Below are positions 10,311-20,158 of a stretch of 64,000 nt of DNA, piece by piece (positions within the stretch are counted from its first letter, which is position 1; every line of letters begins with the position of its first letter). Both the position numbers and the translations under genes were made by a program. Under the pieces are notes generated by a model, which was not told the origin of the DNA, did no database searches, and was given only the letters and a program-made list of their open reading frames with translations. Origin of the DNA: Candidatus Latescibacterota bacterium (GTDB lineage Bacteria > Latescibacterota > UBA2968 > UBA8231); assembly GCA_022827835.1 (NCBI GenBank), contig JAJEIO010000041.1:8328-72327 (forward strand), written 5' to 3'.

Positions 10311-11486
10311 TTAGTTTTGCTCTTCTTGCGCCTCTTCGCCACCGAAGAACTGTCGCTTGAGCTTTTCCTCTTCGGTCTCGGGCGGCCGGAGCTGCCAGAT
10401 GCGCTGTTGGGCCACCTTTTCCCAAGCAGGATCGGCTTTGGCTTTCTCAAAAGCGGCAATGGCCCCTTCCTCGTCGCCCTCCTTCACCAGATTGTCGCCC
10501 TTGAGCAGCAGCAGGTGTGCGTCCTCGGAATTTACCTTCAGCCCCAACCCCAGCCACTCTTTTGCTGAAGCAAACTCGCCACGGCCTTGGTGCCACTCCA
10601 CTAGCTCAGCGATGCTCTCCGAATCCTTGGGATCGGCCTCGACCATGCCCTTGAGGCCCTCGATGTGCCTGGAGTCGTCACCTTCCTCAGAAGCGATTGA
10701 TGCGATTCGGTTGTAATAGGAATAGGCGTTCTGCGAATCTACCTTCGCTAGTTCCAATAGCGTGTCGTAGGCCCCTTCGACATCGCCGACCTTTAGCTTC
10801 AGTTCGACGATACTCTCTAGTTGATCAACACCACCTGTCCCACCCTCGACTTGGCGTTTACGCCACTTAAGAGCCTGATCCACCTGCCCTAGCTCTTGGT
10901 GTAACACTGCAAGTATTTCAATGAGTTCAGCGTCTTTGACTCCAGTCGTGTCTTCACGCTCAGCCTCAACTAACTCCTTGTAGTGGACGATAGCCCGCTC
11001 GTTGTGGCCTCCGCGACGATAGAGGTCGGCCAGCTTGCGACGGTTAGCAGCATCCGGCTTTTTGCGCAGTACGCGCTCCAAGCTCAAAGCAGCCGAATCG
11101 GCCTCGCCGACAGCTTGGTAAATCGTGTAGAGTAGCCGATTGGAATTCAGATGCAGCGAGTCGATGCTGATTGCTTGGCGCAGTGCGATGCGGGCTTGGG
11201 GCAGTGCGATACGGGCACCGGTGGAATCCTTTTTTTCGTAGTAGAGCTGCCCCAAGAAGTAGGCGGCCGTCAACTCTTGGGGACTATATTGCAAAACAGT
11301 CGTGTAATAGCCTATGGCTCTATCGTACTCTTTGTTTTGGCGGGCAGTTTTAGCGTAGTATTTGTACTTGCGGATTGAATCGGCTATTGCAACTTCATTC
11401 TCATTGGCTCTGGCGTCGGCACCCAAAACTAAAGCACAAATCGCTAGCCATAGTGTACGCATCAGATTACATTTCACGGTGAACAA
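10311..11486 (-). CDS. Secreted/periplasmic tetratricopeptide-repeat protein
   Basis: Signal-peptide-like N-terminus and multiple TPR-like helices. First gene of the exbB-exbD-exbD-tonB run. Start uncertain. Confidence 0.75.
   Translation of the reverse strand: MFTVKCNLMRTLWLAICALVLGADARANENEVAIADSIRKYKYYAKTARQNKEYDRAIGYYTTVLQYSPQELTAAYFLGQLYYEKKDSTGARIALPQARIALRQAISIDSLHLNSNRLLYTIYQAVGEADSAALSLERVLRKKPDAANRRKLADLYRRGGHNERAIVHYKELVEAEREDTTGVKDAELIEILAVLHQELGQVDQALKWRKRQVEGGTGGVDQLESIVELKLKVGDVEGAYDTLLELAKVDSQNAYSYYNRIASIASEEGDDSRHIEGLKGMVEADPKDSESIAELVEWHQGRGEFASAKEWLGLGLKVNSEDAHLLLLKGDNLVKEGDEEGAIAAFEKAKADPAWEKVAQQRIWQLRPPETEEEKLKRQFFGGEEAQEEQN
11173..11214. repeat. 21-bp in-frame tandem duplication within the TPR gene
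   Basis: GCTTGGCGCAGTGCGATGCGG followed by GCTTGGGGCAGTGCGATACGG, encoding ARIALPQ/ARIALRQ. Confidence 0.8.
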
Positions 11487-11827
11487 TCCTCAATATGGCT
11501 ACGGTCTCCGAGCCACGACAAGCCGCGGGTTCATCGGTCATTCCTTAATGCAGCCTTCGCAAAGTCGTCAAGATATGGATTTACTGTTTGGGATGCAACT
11601 TCAAAGTCCACTTAAGTACTAAATATAATAACCCCCGTCATTACATCTTTATAGCGCCTGCGTTACATTTTCGCGACTCAACTCGTATCTGCAGATTGAC
11701 AAGTGTTTATTTTTAATACACTTTATCCATGTTTATAACAATATGGCGACGAGCGCGTTTATCCGAGCTTACCGTCCCATTCACTTCGCCGCAATCGAGC
11801 GGCGGAGCTAATCTGAGAGAAGAAGTC

Positions 11828-12682
11828 GTGAACTGGTTTGAAAGAATGAAAACGGGGATCAAGTCCCTAATAAAGCGCGAAATTCCCCAAGGCATCTGGA
11901 TCCAGTGCAAAAAGTGCGGCCACTCCAACTACGAAATGGCCCTGCGACGCCGGCACTGGATCTGCCCGGAGTGCGCTTGCCACTATCCCATCGGCCATCA
12001 GCAGTACATCGACCTCCTCATCGACGACGGTACATTCACCGAAATTGACGCCAACGTAGCACCTGTCGATCCGCTCAAGTTCAAAGGCTACAAGGACAAA
12101 GTCAAGACCAGTCGCCGCCAGAGCGGCCTAAAAGAATCGGTGTACACCGGCATCGGCCAAATCGGCGGCCATTCCGTCGCCTTGGCGATCATGGACTCGC
12201 GTTATCTCACGGGCACCTTAGGCGGCGCGACCGGCGAGAAGCTCTGCCGGCTCATCGACCGCGCCATGGCCGAACGATGCACGCTAGTCATCGTCTGTCA
12301 GTCGGGTGGTGCTAGGATGCAGGAAAGCGCCTATTCGCTGATGCAGATGGCGCGGATTAGCGCCAAGCTCAACCAACTCTCGCAAAACGGCTTGCTCTAT
12401 ATTGCTATTCTTACCGACCCAACGTATGGCGGCGTCACCGCCAGCTTTGCCATGCTCGGCGATATCGCCTTGGCCGAACCCGGTGCGCGCATCGGGTTTG
12501 CGGGCCAAACCGTTATCCAGCAGTTCCTCGGCACAGACGCCCCCCTGCCCGAAGGCTTTCAACTAGCCGAGATCGTCCTCGAACACGGCTTTATCGACCG
12601 CATCGTCCCGCGCGACCGCATGGCGGCGGAATTGGCGCGCTTGATCTCTCTGTTGGCCCCACAGACTGCTGACCACGTCTAG
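11828..12682 (+). CDS. accD: Acetyl-CoA carboxylase carboxyltransferase beta subunit
   Basis: WIQCKKC...CPEC Zn finger, DPLKF, SGGARMQE, PTYGGVTASFAMLGD, IGFAG. GTG at 11828 is the likely start. Confidence 0.96.
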   Translation: MNWFERMKTGIKSLIKREIPQGIWIQCKKCGHSNYEMALRRRHWICPECACHYPIGHQQYIDLLIDDGTFTEIDANVAPVDPLKFKGYKDKVKTSRRQSGLKESVYTGIGQIGGHSVALAIMDSRYLTGTLGGATGEKLCRLIDRAMAERCTLVIVCQSGGARMQESAYSLMQMARISAKLNQLSQNGLLYIAILTDPTYGGVTASFAMLGDIALAEPGARIGFAGQTVIQQFLGTDAPLPEGFQLAEIVLEHGFIDRIVPRDRMAAELARLISLLAPQTADHV

Positions 12683-13992
12683 AAGTTGTGTCCTAGGCTC
12701 AGCCAGACATCCATTTGCTCGTCGGCGACGCCCGTGCCCATGCGGATCACCAGATCGGCGTCCCAGACCATGCGCACTCCTGCGCCGCCGCTGATGTGCA
12801 TGCCCGACCACCTAATTTTATCCAAGTCGGGCCATACTCGGCCCGCATCAAAAAAAGTTACCCCCTGCCACTCTATGTATTGTCCGTAAAACCAGATGTC
12901 GTACAGTTGGTAGCGCAATTCGACATTGGACAAAAAGCGCACATCGTCTGTAAACCGCTGGGTATCGAAACCGCGCAGTGAATCGCTGCCGCCCAGCCCC
13001 TTGACCCGGCGACTGCCTCCTATTTCGCCATAGGCATAGAGCGGTACTTCGCCACTAAGCACTTCTAGAACGAGACGATGAGAGAAATTCAACCGAGGTG
13101 ACAGTGGGATGTAGTAGGCGTTGGTCAGGGTTACGCGGCTAAAGTCAATAGGCTCAAAAAACAGCGCTAGCAGGGAGTTGCGCGCCGACTCGTACGACCA
13201 CTCCTGAAAGAAGCCGCGCCGCGGCACCACTTCGTCGTCGCGGGTATCCCACTGGAGAGTCGCACTGATAAACCCCGAAAACCCATCTATCACTCCATCT
13301 GGGGTGCCTCGCTCCAAATAGAACGCCTGCGTCCCCCGCTGATCTACATCAACGCGCTCCAGCCCAAAGCCGACCGACATAGATACCGGACCGTATAGCT
13401 GGCGAAAAAGGCTCACTAAAATCCGCGGGTTTCTTTCTAGAATGTAATAGTAGTAGTTCTCATCTTTGAAATCAGCACTCTTAGGCTCGATGAAGTCGCG
13501 ATTAAATGTGCTATTGTTGCCCAACCCATAGTAACGCGTACGTATATTGCGCTCGTGGAACAACTCCAGTCTCAGGCCGAAACCCGTCCCCGAAATCTGG
13601 GGCACTCTCAGGCGCACGCGATTTTTTACTTTGCCCTCAGAAGACTGCTGGACGTGCAACGTCAGCTTGTAGAGATAGGGCTGCCATCGGTAGTCAGCCC
13701 AGTGGATGCGCGCACCCCAATTCCAGCCTGTATTAGGGCTGAGATAAGCAAACGGCAGGCCGGTGACGCCGTAGGGAATGCCCCGCAGAGTAAACTGGCG
13801 TCGCTTTGCCATCCAGCGCACGGCTTCCACAGTCTGCTCGGTCGCCGCCTGCGAGACTTTGGTCAGCAGCGGGGACGAAGGCTGACTTTGAGTGGAATCG
13901 ACGCGGACCTCGCCCTCACCCCATGCGCTATCTGCGAACAATAGGACGCCGATGCAACTGCCGTTTGCGAGAAGCCGCTTAACCACGATCAC
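12679..13992 (-). CDS. Omp85/BamA-TamA family outer-membrane beta-barrel with no evident POTRA domains
   Basis: Signal peptide, WDTRD, LGGSDSLRGF loop-6 motif, FFDAGRVW, GAGVR, terminal LGHNF. Confidence 0.8.
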   Translation of the reverse strand: MIVVKRLLANGSCIGVLLFADSAWGEGEVRVDSTQSQPSSPLLTKVSQAATEQTVEAVRWMAKRRQFTLRGIPYGVTGLPFAYLSPNTGWNWGARIHWADYRWQPYLYKLTLHVQQSSEGKVKNRVRLRVPQISGTGFGLRLELFHERNIRTRYYGLGNNSTFNRDFIEPKSADFKDENYYYYILERNPRILVSLFRQLYGPVSMSVGFGLERVDVDQRGTQAFYLERGTPDGVIDGFSGFISATLQWDTRDDEVVPRRGFFQEWSYESARNSLLALFFEPIDFSRVTLTNAYYIPLSPRLNFSHRLVLEVLSGEVPLYAYGEIGGSRRVKGLGGSDSLRGFDTQRFTDDVRFLSNVELRYQLYDIWFYGQYIEWQGVTFFDAGRVWPDLDKIRWSGMHISGGAGVRMVWDADLVIRMGTGVADEQMDVWLSLGHNF

Positions 13993-14833
13993 CTTGCTTG
14001 CCTACACTTTCAGGTGTGAAAATGCCGCACTCAAAACGCTGTCGATCAAGCGAGTTTATCGGAGCATCAAGCGCATAGCGGAGTGGCGTAATCGCGACTG
14101 TTCCGCGTGCCAAGGCTTCCACATCGCTGTTAGCCCCATCGCCAATCAACTGCAACTGACAGCTATGGTATGCAAAGTGCGACTCATCTTCACGCCGAGC
14201 GAATAGCGGACCATAGCTCGTCTTCGCCAAACCCGTCAGGCACCTCGGGGATTCGCGCTTGGTACTAGCGGGCATGTTCACTGCGATCATGTCGGCACCA
14301 GCCGGCAACCCCCCGCGCAAGATCTCGGCGGCGATGTCCACAGTGACGGCCGCCGCCGCCGCGACCAGCGCATCGAGCGCAGGATCGAGCTGCCGACATC
14401 GCCGCCAGAGCGCAAAAGCCGGTTCGGGCAACTCCAGCGAAAAGGCTGCGGATGGCACCCCGGCGAGAAAGCCTTCTACAGCCGCCCCTATGGTGCCGGA
14501 ACTCAGCGTGAAAGCGAGACCGGAGTTGACGCCCATATTGATGCCGGAAATGACTAGAGCCGGCTTTTGGAGGCAGAGATTGTGGATGCCGATATGGGCA
14601 CAGTCGGCGGGCTTGCCGGTCAACGTCTGGACGGGAAAACCGCCGCATTCAATCTCGGCCAGCACCAATGGCTCAAAACGGCTCATACTCTTGCTGGTCC
14701 AACTGCATTCCGCCGCCGGTACGACCACGCATAGCTCGGTCAACTTGGATAGCTCCCTCAGCAAAGGCACCAAAAGAGGCGAATCAGCGCCGTCGTCGTT
14801 TGTCACCAATACTTGGGATTTTGCAGCGGTCAC
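13979..14833 (-). CDS. surE: 5'/3'-nucleotidase SurE
   Basis: VLVTNDDG, GKPADC, ISGINMGVN, SGTIGAAVEG, AITPL. GTG at 14833 follows an AAGGGG RBS (alternative start 14878). Confidence 0.88.
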   Translation of the reverse strand: MTAAKSQVLVTNDDGADSPLLVPLLRELSKLTELCVVVPAAECSWTSKSMSRFEPLVLAEIECGGFPVQTLTGKPADCAHIGIHNLCLQKPALVISGINMGVNSGLAFTLSSGTIGAAVEGFLAGVPSAAFSLELPEPAFALWRRCRQLDPALDALVAAAAAVTVDIAAEILRGGLPAGADMIAVNMPASTKRESPRCLTGLAKTSYGPLFARREDESHFAYHSCQLQLIGDGANSDVEALARGTVAITPLRYALDAPINSLDRQRFECGIFTPESVGKQGDRG

Positions 14834-14951
14834 AGTCGATTTCCCCTTTGCTATGGAGGCGCTCTGAGATAGCGTCATATAATAACAATCCGCCATTCGG
14901 CTCCCAACAATTTCCTTGCTTAGCTGCAACCTGCGGTCCTATTATTTCCCC

Positions 14952-15215
14952 ATGGATGATTCCATTTTCCTACAGGAGCTTGAAACCCTCGCCGAGGGAC
15001 TGGACATTGAGGTTCGCTACGACGATTTCGAGGGGCAAGGCGGGCTTTGCCGCTATGGCGGTAAAGCCTACTTGATCGTCAATCGCGAACTCGATACCGA
15101 AGGTCGGGTGCATGTGTTATGCCGTGCTCTTGCGCGGCTTTCTCTCGATGCAGTCTTTATCCGTCCCCAAGTACGGGAACGGATTGAAAAGTGTAGATCG
15201 CAGGCCGCGGCCTAA
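14952..15215 (+). CDS. Small hypothetical protein resembling the ImmA/IrrE N-terminal fold
   Basis: LAEGLDIEVRY...GGLCR...LIVNREL pattern with no HExxH motif. Confidence 0.6.
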   Translation: MDDSIFLQELETLAEGLDIEVRYDDFEGQGGLCRYGGKAYLIVNRELDTEGRVHVLCRALARLSLDAVFIRPQVRERIEKCRSQAAA

Positions 15216-15309
15216 TCGCCTACACTCCCACTGACCGCATTCCAGCATTTAGACGAGACCGCGAATTTTCCCGCCGAAATTTACCGCCTGAAGGGCGGAC
15301 TGCGCTTCC

Positions 15310-15338
15310 TTGACAGCCCTTATGTCATGGTCTATTTT
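15310..15338 (+). promoter_or_regulatory. Sigma70-type promoter of rpmI-rplT
   Basis: TTGACA-N17-TATTTT upstream of rpmI. Confidence 0.6.
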
Positions 15339-15372
15339 TGTCTTTTCTGCCTATTAAGACAAAGGGACTACC

Positions 15373-15570
15373 ATGCCCAAAATCAAGACGCATAAATCCT
15401 CGGCCAAGCGCATCAAGCAGCGCGGATCGGGCAGCCTGAAACGGCGCAATGCCTATGCCACGCACCTTTTGGGTGGCCGCTCGACCAAGCGCAAACGGGC
15501 TTTCCGCAAAAACAGTTCGGTCTCGTCCGCAGACCTAGCCAATGTGCGCCGTGCCCTGAACCTCAAGTAA
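15373..15570 (+). CDS. rpmI: 50S ribosomal protein L35
   Basis: MPKIKTHKSSAKRIK...HLL...KRKR. Confidence 0.97.
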   Translation: MPKIKTHKSSAKRIKQRGSGSLKRRNAYATHLLGGRSTKRKRAFRKNSSVSSADLANVRRALNLK

Positions 15571-15592
15571 GCGAATTTAACGGAGAGTATCC

Positions 15593-15946
15593 ATGCCACG
15601 GGTAAATCACGCCGTAGCCACTAAAAAGCGCAAAAAGAAAGTACTCAAACAATCCAAGGGTTATTGGGGGGCGCGCAGCCGCCTCTTCCGCACCGCCAGG
15701 GAAGCCGTTGACCGCGCTCAAGTCTACGCCTACCGCGACAGGCGTCAACGCAAGCGGGACTTCCGCCGTCTCTGGATTGTCCGCATCAATGCCGCCGCCC
15801 GCCGCAACGGCATGTCTTATAGCCAGCTCGTCCACGGGCTGAACCAAGCCGGCGTTGCAATCAACCGCAAGATATTGGCCGATCTAGCCGTGCGCGATCC
15901 GGCCGCCTTTACTGCGATAGTCGAACAAGCCCGGCCCCACGTCTAA
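15593..15946 (+). CDS. rplT: 50S ribosomal protein L20
   Basis: [44 protein letters not shown]. Confidence 0.99.
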   Translation: MPRVNHAVATKKRKKKVLKQSKGYWGARSRLFRTAREAVDRAQVYAYRDRRQRKRDFRRLWIVRINAAARRNGMSYSQLVHGLNQAGVAINRKILADLAVRDPAAFTAIVEQARPHV

Positions 15947-15961
15947 ATTTACACCCATCTG

Positions 15962-16000
15962 ACAGAAAGGGGCCGGCGATACGCGCTGGCCCCTTTCTGT
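15962..16000 (+). terminator. Hairpin/terminator between rplT and pheS
   Basis: ACAGAAAGGGGCCGGCG-ATACG-CGCTGGCCCCTTTCTGT inverted repeat. Confidence 0.75.
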
Positions 16001-16015
16001 TCTATGTAGGTCTAT

Positions 16016-17026
16016 ATGTTAGAAGAAGTGCGACAATTGGCGTCAGTAGTCGTAGCGGAAATCGCGGCGGCCCAAGACGATAAGGCGCTGGAGGCACTGC
16101 GAGTTCACCACCTCGGGCGCAAGAGCCGCTTGCGACAGATCGCGCGACAGATCGGCCACCTGCCCGCTGCCCAACGACCGGCGCTAGGGGAAGCCACCGG
16201 TCGCGCTCAACAGGCCATTCAGCAAGCGCTAGACGACAAGGCTCTAGCCCTCCGGCAGAGGGCTGAAGCGGCTCCTGCCCTCGATGTAACACTCCCGGGG
16301 CGACGGCCTCTGTTGGGCTATGCCCATCCCCTGTCTCAGCTAACCGACGAATTGATCGGCATTTTCCAAGGCATGGGTTTTGACGTGGCCGATGGGCCAG
16401 AAGCCGAAGACGAGTACTACAATTTCGACGCCCTCAACACGCCGGCCGACCACCCCGCGCGAGACCTGCACGACACCTTCTATCTAGAGGGCGGTGGACT
16501 CATGCGCACCCATACCTCCACGGTGCAAATCCGCGTTATGGAGCAAACGCCGCCGCCGGTGCGGATCATCTCATTGGGTCGCTGCTACCGCAAGGAGACG
16601 GTCGATGCAACTCACCACTTCGCCTTCCACCAAATCGAGGGGCTATACGTCGACCACGGGGTCTCTTTCGCCGACTTGAAGGGCACCATTGAGGCCATGG
16701 GACGCCAACTTATGGGCGAGGAGACCCAAGTGCGCTTTCGGCCTCACTTTTTTCCCTTTACTGAGCCAAGCGTGGAATACGATTTCACCTGCATCTGCAA
16801 GGGGCAACGCGCGAATTGCTCTATTTGCAAAGGAACGGGTTGGATCGAAATCGCCGGGGCCGGCATGGTCGACCCGGCCGTCTTTGCCGCAGTGGGCTAC
16901 GACCCAGACGAATACACGGGCTTCGCCTTCGGCATGGGCTTGGAGCGGATCGCCATGATTCGGCACGGCATTGACGACATCCGGCGTTTCCTCGAAAACG
17001 ACTTGCGGTTCATCCGCCAATTCTAA
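16016..17026 (+). CDS. pheS: Phenylalanyl-tRNA synthetase alpha subunit
   Basis: HPARDLHDTFY, RTHTS, FHQIEGL, FPFTEPS, GFAFGMGLERIAM. Confidence 0.99.
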   Translation: MLEEVRQLASVVVAEIAAAQDDKALEALRVHHLGRKSRLRQIARQIGHLPAAQRPALGEATGRAQQAIQQALDDKALALRQRAEAAPALDVTLPGRRPLLGYAHPLSQLTDELIGIFQGMGFDVADGPEAEDEYYNFDALNTPADHPARDLHDTFYLEGGGLMRTHTSTVQIRVMEQTPPPVRIISLGRCYRKETVDATHHFAFHQIEGLYVDHGVSFADLKGTIEAMGRQLMGEETQVRFRPHFFPFTEPSVEYDFTCICKGQRANCSICKGTGWIEIAGAGMVDPAVFAAVGYDPDEYTGFAFGMGLERIAMIRHGIDDIRRFLENDLRFIRQF

Positions 17027-17044
17027 GATTCCCGACAAAGCCTT

Positions 17045-19423
17045 ATGAAAATTACTTATAAATGGCTTAAGGAATACGTAGATTTCGCCTGGGATTGGCC
17101 CGAGCTAGCCGAGCGCCTGACCATGGCGGGCTTGGAGTTCGAAGGCGTCGAGGATCTCGGTGCGCGCTACGAGGGCGTCGTCATCGGCCGCGTCAACACC
17201 TGCTGCCCACACGAAAACGCCGACCGTCTGACCGTCTGTCAAGTCGATGTGGGGACCGGAGTCAACACCATCGTCTGCGGAGCACCCAATGTTGCGGCCG
17301 GACAAACCGTCGCCGTCGCCCTGCCCGGCACCACGCTGCCTGGAGGTATGCAGATCAAAAAAGCCAAAATCCGCGGCGTCGCATCCGAGGGTATGCTCTG
17401 TGCCGAAGACGAACTCGGGCTGGGCGATAACCACGACGGCATTGTCGTACTCGACGAGAGCCTCCCGGTCGGCATCCCCTTTGCCGCGGCCACTGGACTC
17501 GGCGACGTGGTCATCGACTTTGAAGTTACGCCCAATCGCCCGGACTGTCTGAGCCTCTTGGGCATTGCCCGCGAGGTTCATGCGCTCACCGGCAACCCCC
17601 TCCGTTTTCCCAACGCACAAGTGCCCGAAAGCGGACCGGCCACCGCAGAAGACGTGCGGATCGACATCGAGGCACCAGACGATTGCCCGCGCTACGTCGG
17701 CCGCATCGTGCGCGGCGTCGAGGTTGGCCCCTCGCCCGAGTGGCTCCAGCGCCGACTCCAAGCCGTGGGTCAGCGCCCGATCAACAACATCGTCGATATA
17801 ACCAACTACGTACTGCTGGAATTGGGTCATCCCCTGCACGCTTTTGACCTGCATACACTGGACCAACGGCGCATCGTCGTCCGCCGGGCGCGCGCTGGCG
17901 AAACCTTGGAGATGCTCGACGGCACCCAGTGTCAACTCGACGAAGAGATGCTGGTCATCGCCGATGGAACGCGGCCTCAAGCACTAGCCGGGGTCATGGG
18001 TGGGGCCCATTCCCAAGTATCTGCGGACACCACGGACATCCTGCTTGAAAGCGCGTATTTCGCACCATCGCGGGTGCGACTAGCCCGGTCTCAACTAGGG
18101 CTTTTCACTGAAGCAGCCACGCGCTTTGAGCGCGGTGCCGATTGGAACGCCCCGGTGCAGGCGATTGACCGCGCCGCCTATCTAATCGCCAAACTGACCG
18201 GCGGCGCAGTCGCCCCAACTCCTTTAGACGTGTACCCCTGCCCCGGCCAACGCTACCAAATCCCACTCTGCGTCGAGCGCACCAACCAACTCTTGGCTAC
18301 GCAGTTAGACTCCGCTGCTATCGTCCAGATTCTCGAACGCCTCGGCTGCCGGGTCGAATCGGGCCGGCCCCTCGTGGTAACGGCCCCGAGCTTCCGCCCC
18401 GACCTAACGCGCCCAGCCGACCTCATCGAGGAAGTTGGCCGCATCTACGGCTTTGACCGCATTGAGGGCCGCCAAGAGGCATCCGGCCCTTGGATCACCC
18501 AGCGCAATCCCGAACTCACCTTTAGGCAGGTCGCGCGGCAACGGCTCTTGGGCTTGGGTTTAGACGAAGTCGTCAGCAATACGATCGTCGAATCCCGCTG
18601 GCTCAAACTAGTCGGTACCGCAGATCGTGCCGCCCGCTTGGCCAACCCGCCGACCGAAACCCAAGACGCCTTGCGCACCACCTTGGTGCCGAGCTTATTA
18701 GACGTCGCGCGTCGCAACTTCAACCAGCGGGCCGCAGGAGTGGCCATTTTCGAGCTGGGTAAGTGCTTTGTCGCCGCGGCCGAAAAGGGCGCAAGGCCCG
18801 AGGAACACTGGCACCTCGCCGCCCTGTGGTCGGGCCGCGTTTCAGCCTCTCCCTATCAGGCCGACACCCGCGAGGCCGACTTTTTCGACCTCAAGGGCTT
18901 GCTCGAAGCGCTAGTGGGCGAGGGGAATTTGCGCTTTGCGCCCGCCGACCGCCCCGAATGCCGCTTGGGACACGCGGCCTGTATCTCCCTTGGTGGCCAG
19001 TCTCTCGGCTGGTTTGGCCAAGTTTCGGCCGACTTATGCGCGGCATTTGATTTAGAGCGCCAAGTACATATTTTTGAAATATCATTTACCGCGCTAGTAC
19101 GCCATTGGCACGCTCGTAAGCGCTCGTTTACCGCGCTTCCCAAGTTTCCGCCGATCGAGCGCGACTTGGCCATAGTCGTACGCGCAGACACTGCAACCGC
19201 CGAACTCATCGCCACCATGCGAGATAGCACACCCAATCTCGTCGAATCCATTGAGGTCTTTGACCTCTATCAAGGGGATCAAATAGAAGCAGGCCACAAA
19301 AGCGTGGCGTTCACCATCCGTCTGCGCGACCGCGAACAAACTTTGCAGGACACGCAGGCCGACGAGGCGATCTCTGTGATGCTCAAGCGTCTCGAAGCGC
19401 GGTTCGGTGCGCGTTTGCGCTAA
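17045..19423 (+). CDS. pheT: Phenylalanyl-tRNA synthetase beta subunit
   Basis: IVCGAPNV, SEGMLC, TPNRPDCLS, RFERG, DLIEEVGRIYG, FDX-ACB C-terminus. Confidence 0.99.
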   Translation: MKITYKWLKEYVDFAWDWPELAERLTMAGLEFEGVEDLGARYEGVVIGRVNTCCPHENADRLTVCQVDVGTGVNTIVCGAPNVAAGQTVAVALPGTTLPGGMQIKKAKIRGVASEGMLCAEDELGLGDNHDGIVVLDESLPVGIPFAAATGLGDVVIDFEVTPNRPDCLSLLGIAREVHALTGNPLRFPNAQVPESGPATAEDVRIDIEAPDDCPRYVGRIVRGVEVGPSPEWLQRRLQAVGQRPINNIVDITNYVLLELGHPLHAFDLHTLDQRRIVVRRARAGETLEMLDGTQCQLDEEMLVIADGTRPQALAGVMGGAHSQVSADTTDILLESAYFAPSRVRLARSQLGLFTEAATRFERGADWNAPVQAIDRAAYLIAKLTGGAVAPTPLDVYPCPGQRYQIPLCVERTNQLLATQLDSAAIVQILERLGCRVESGRPLVVTAPSFRPDLTRPADLIEEVGRIYGFDRIEGRQEASGPWITQRNPELTFRQVARQRLLGLGLDEVVSNTIVESRWLKLVGTADRAARLANPPTETQDALRTTLVPSLLDVARRNFNQRAAGVAIFELGKCFVAAAEKGARPEEHWHLAALWSGRVSASPYQADTREADFFDLKGLLEALVGEGNLRFAPADRPECRLGHAACISLGGQSLGWFGQVSADLCAAFDLERQVHIFEISFTALVRHWHARKRSFTALPKFPPIERDLAIVVRADTATAELIATMRDSTPNLVESIEVFDLYQGDQIEAGHKSVAFTIRLRDREQTLQDTQADEAISVMLKRLEARFGARLR

Positions 19424-19455
19424 TCCCAACCTCAATCAGGAGTACAATCACCCCA

Positions 19456-19776
19456 ATGGATGTAAACGAAAATTTTGAACGCCTTGAACGCTATATAAAT
19501 CGCCTGACGGGAGATCTTGAAACGCTGCGCAAGGAAAACGACGAACTGAACGGGCAGATCCAGAGCCTTAAACAAAAAAATGACACTCTGCAGGCAGACA
19601 TCCAGAGCCTTGAGACAAAGATCAGCGTCGCCAGCAGCGAAAACGAACAGTTCGAAAAGGACAAAGAAGTGGTAAAGGGACGCATCGAACAGCTTCTCAG
19701 CCGCTTAGACGATGCCTTCAGCAGTGAAAACGAACAGCTCGAGCAGGTCGAAGCAGCTCACACAGAGGCCAAATAA
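19456..19776 (+). CDS. Coiled-coil cell division protein, ZapB-like
   Basis: Heptad-rich, ends RIEQLLSRLD, and occupies the usual position between pheT and zapA. Confidence 0.7.
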   Translation: MDVNENFERLERYINRLTGDLETLRKENDELNGQIQSLKQKNDTLQADIQSLETKISVASSENEQFEKDKEVVKGRIEQLLSRLDDAFSSENEQLEQVEAAHTEAK

Positions 19777-19805
19777 AACAAAAACATCTGAGAAAGGGGT
19801 CTAGT

Positions 19806-20120
19806 ATGTCGTCCCAAGTAGTAGTCAAAATATTCGACAAGCACTATACCCTAGGAGTTGACGAAGATCACTCTGCCGAACACGTACAAAAGCTCGCCGA
19901 GATGGTGGACGAGCGCATGCATAAAGTCAAGTACGAGCTCCAGAGCGGCTCCCCACTCCAAGTGGCCATCTTGGCCAGTCTGAGCTTAGTGGAGGAACTC
20001 CTCTCCCTGCGGGAGGACTACGCTTCCGCTGAAGCCGATATAGCCCAGCGGACTTCTCAACTCGCCACCTCGCTTGGGCACCTTTTCGCCGAAGTAGAAG
20101 TTCCCCGTTCCGATAGCTGA
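19806..20120 (+). CDS. zapA: Cell division protein ZapA
   Basis: VKIFDKHYTL...LAEMVDERM...AILASL pattern and synteny. Confidence 0.85.
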   Translation: MSSQVVVKIFDKHYTLGVDEDHSAEHVQKLAEMVDERMHKVKYELQSGSPLQVAILASLSLVEELLSLREDYASAEADIAQRTSQLATSLGHLFAEVEVPRSDS

Positions 20121-20158
20121 AGTATCCCGAGCCGAGTTCCATCCCGTGCTCTGGCCCG

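Noticed and set aside
16788-16842. Cys-rich insert in PheS (CICKG...CSICKGTGW)
   Set aside because: A common variant in many bacterial PheS proteins.
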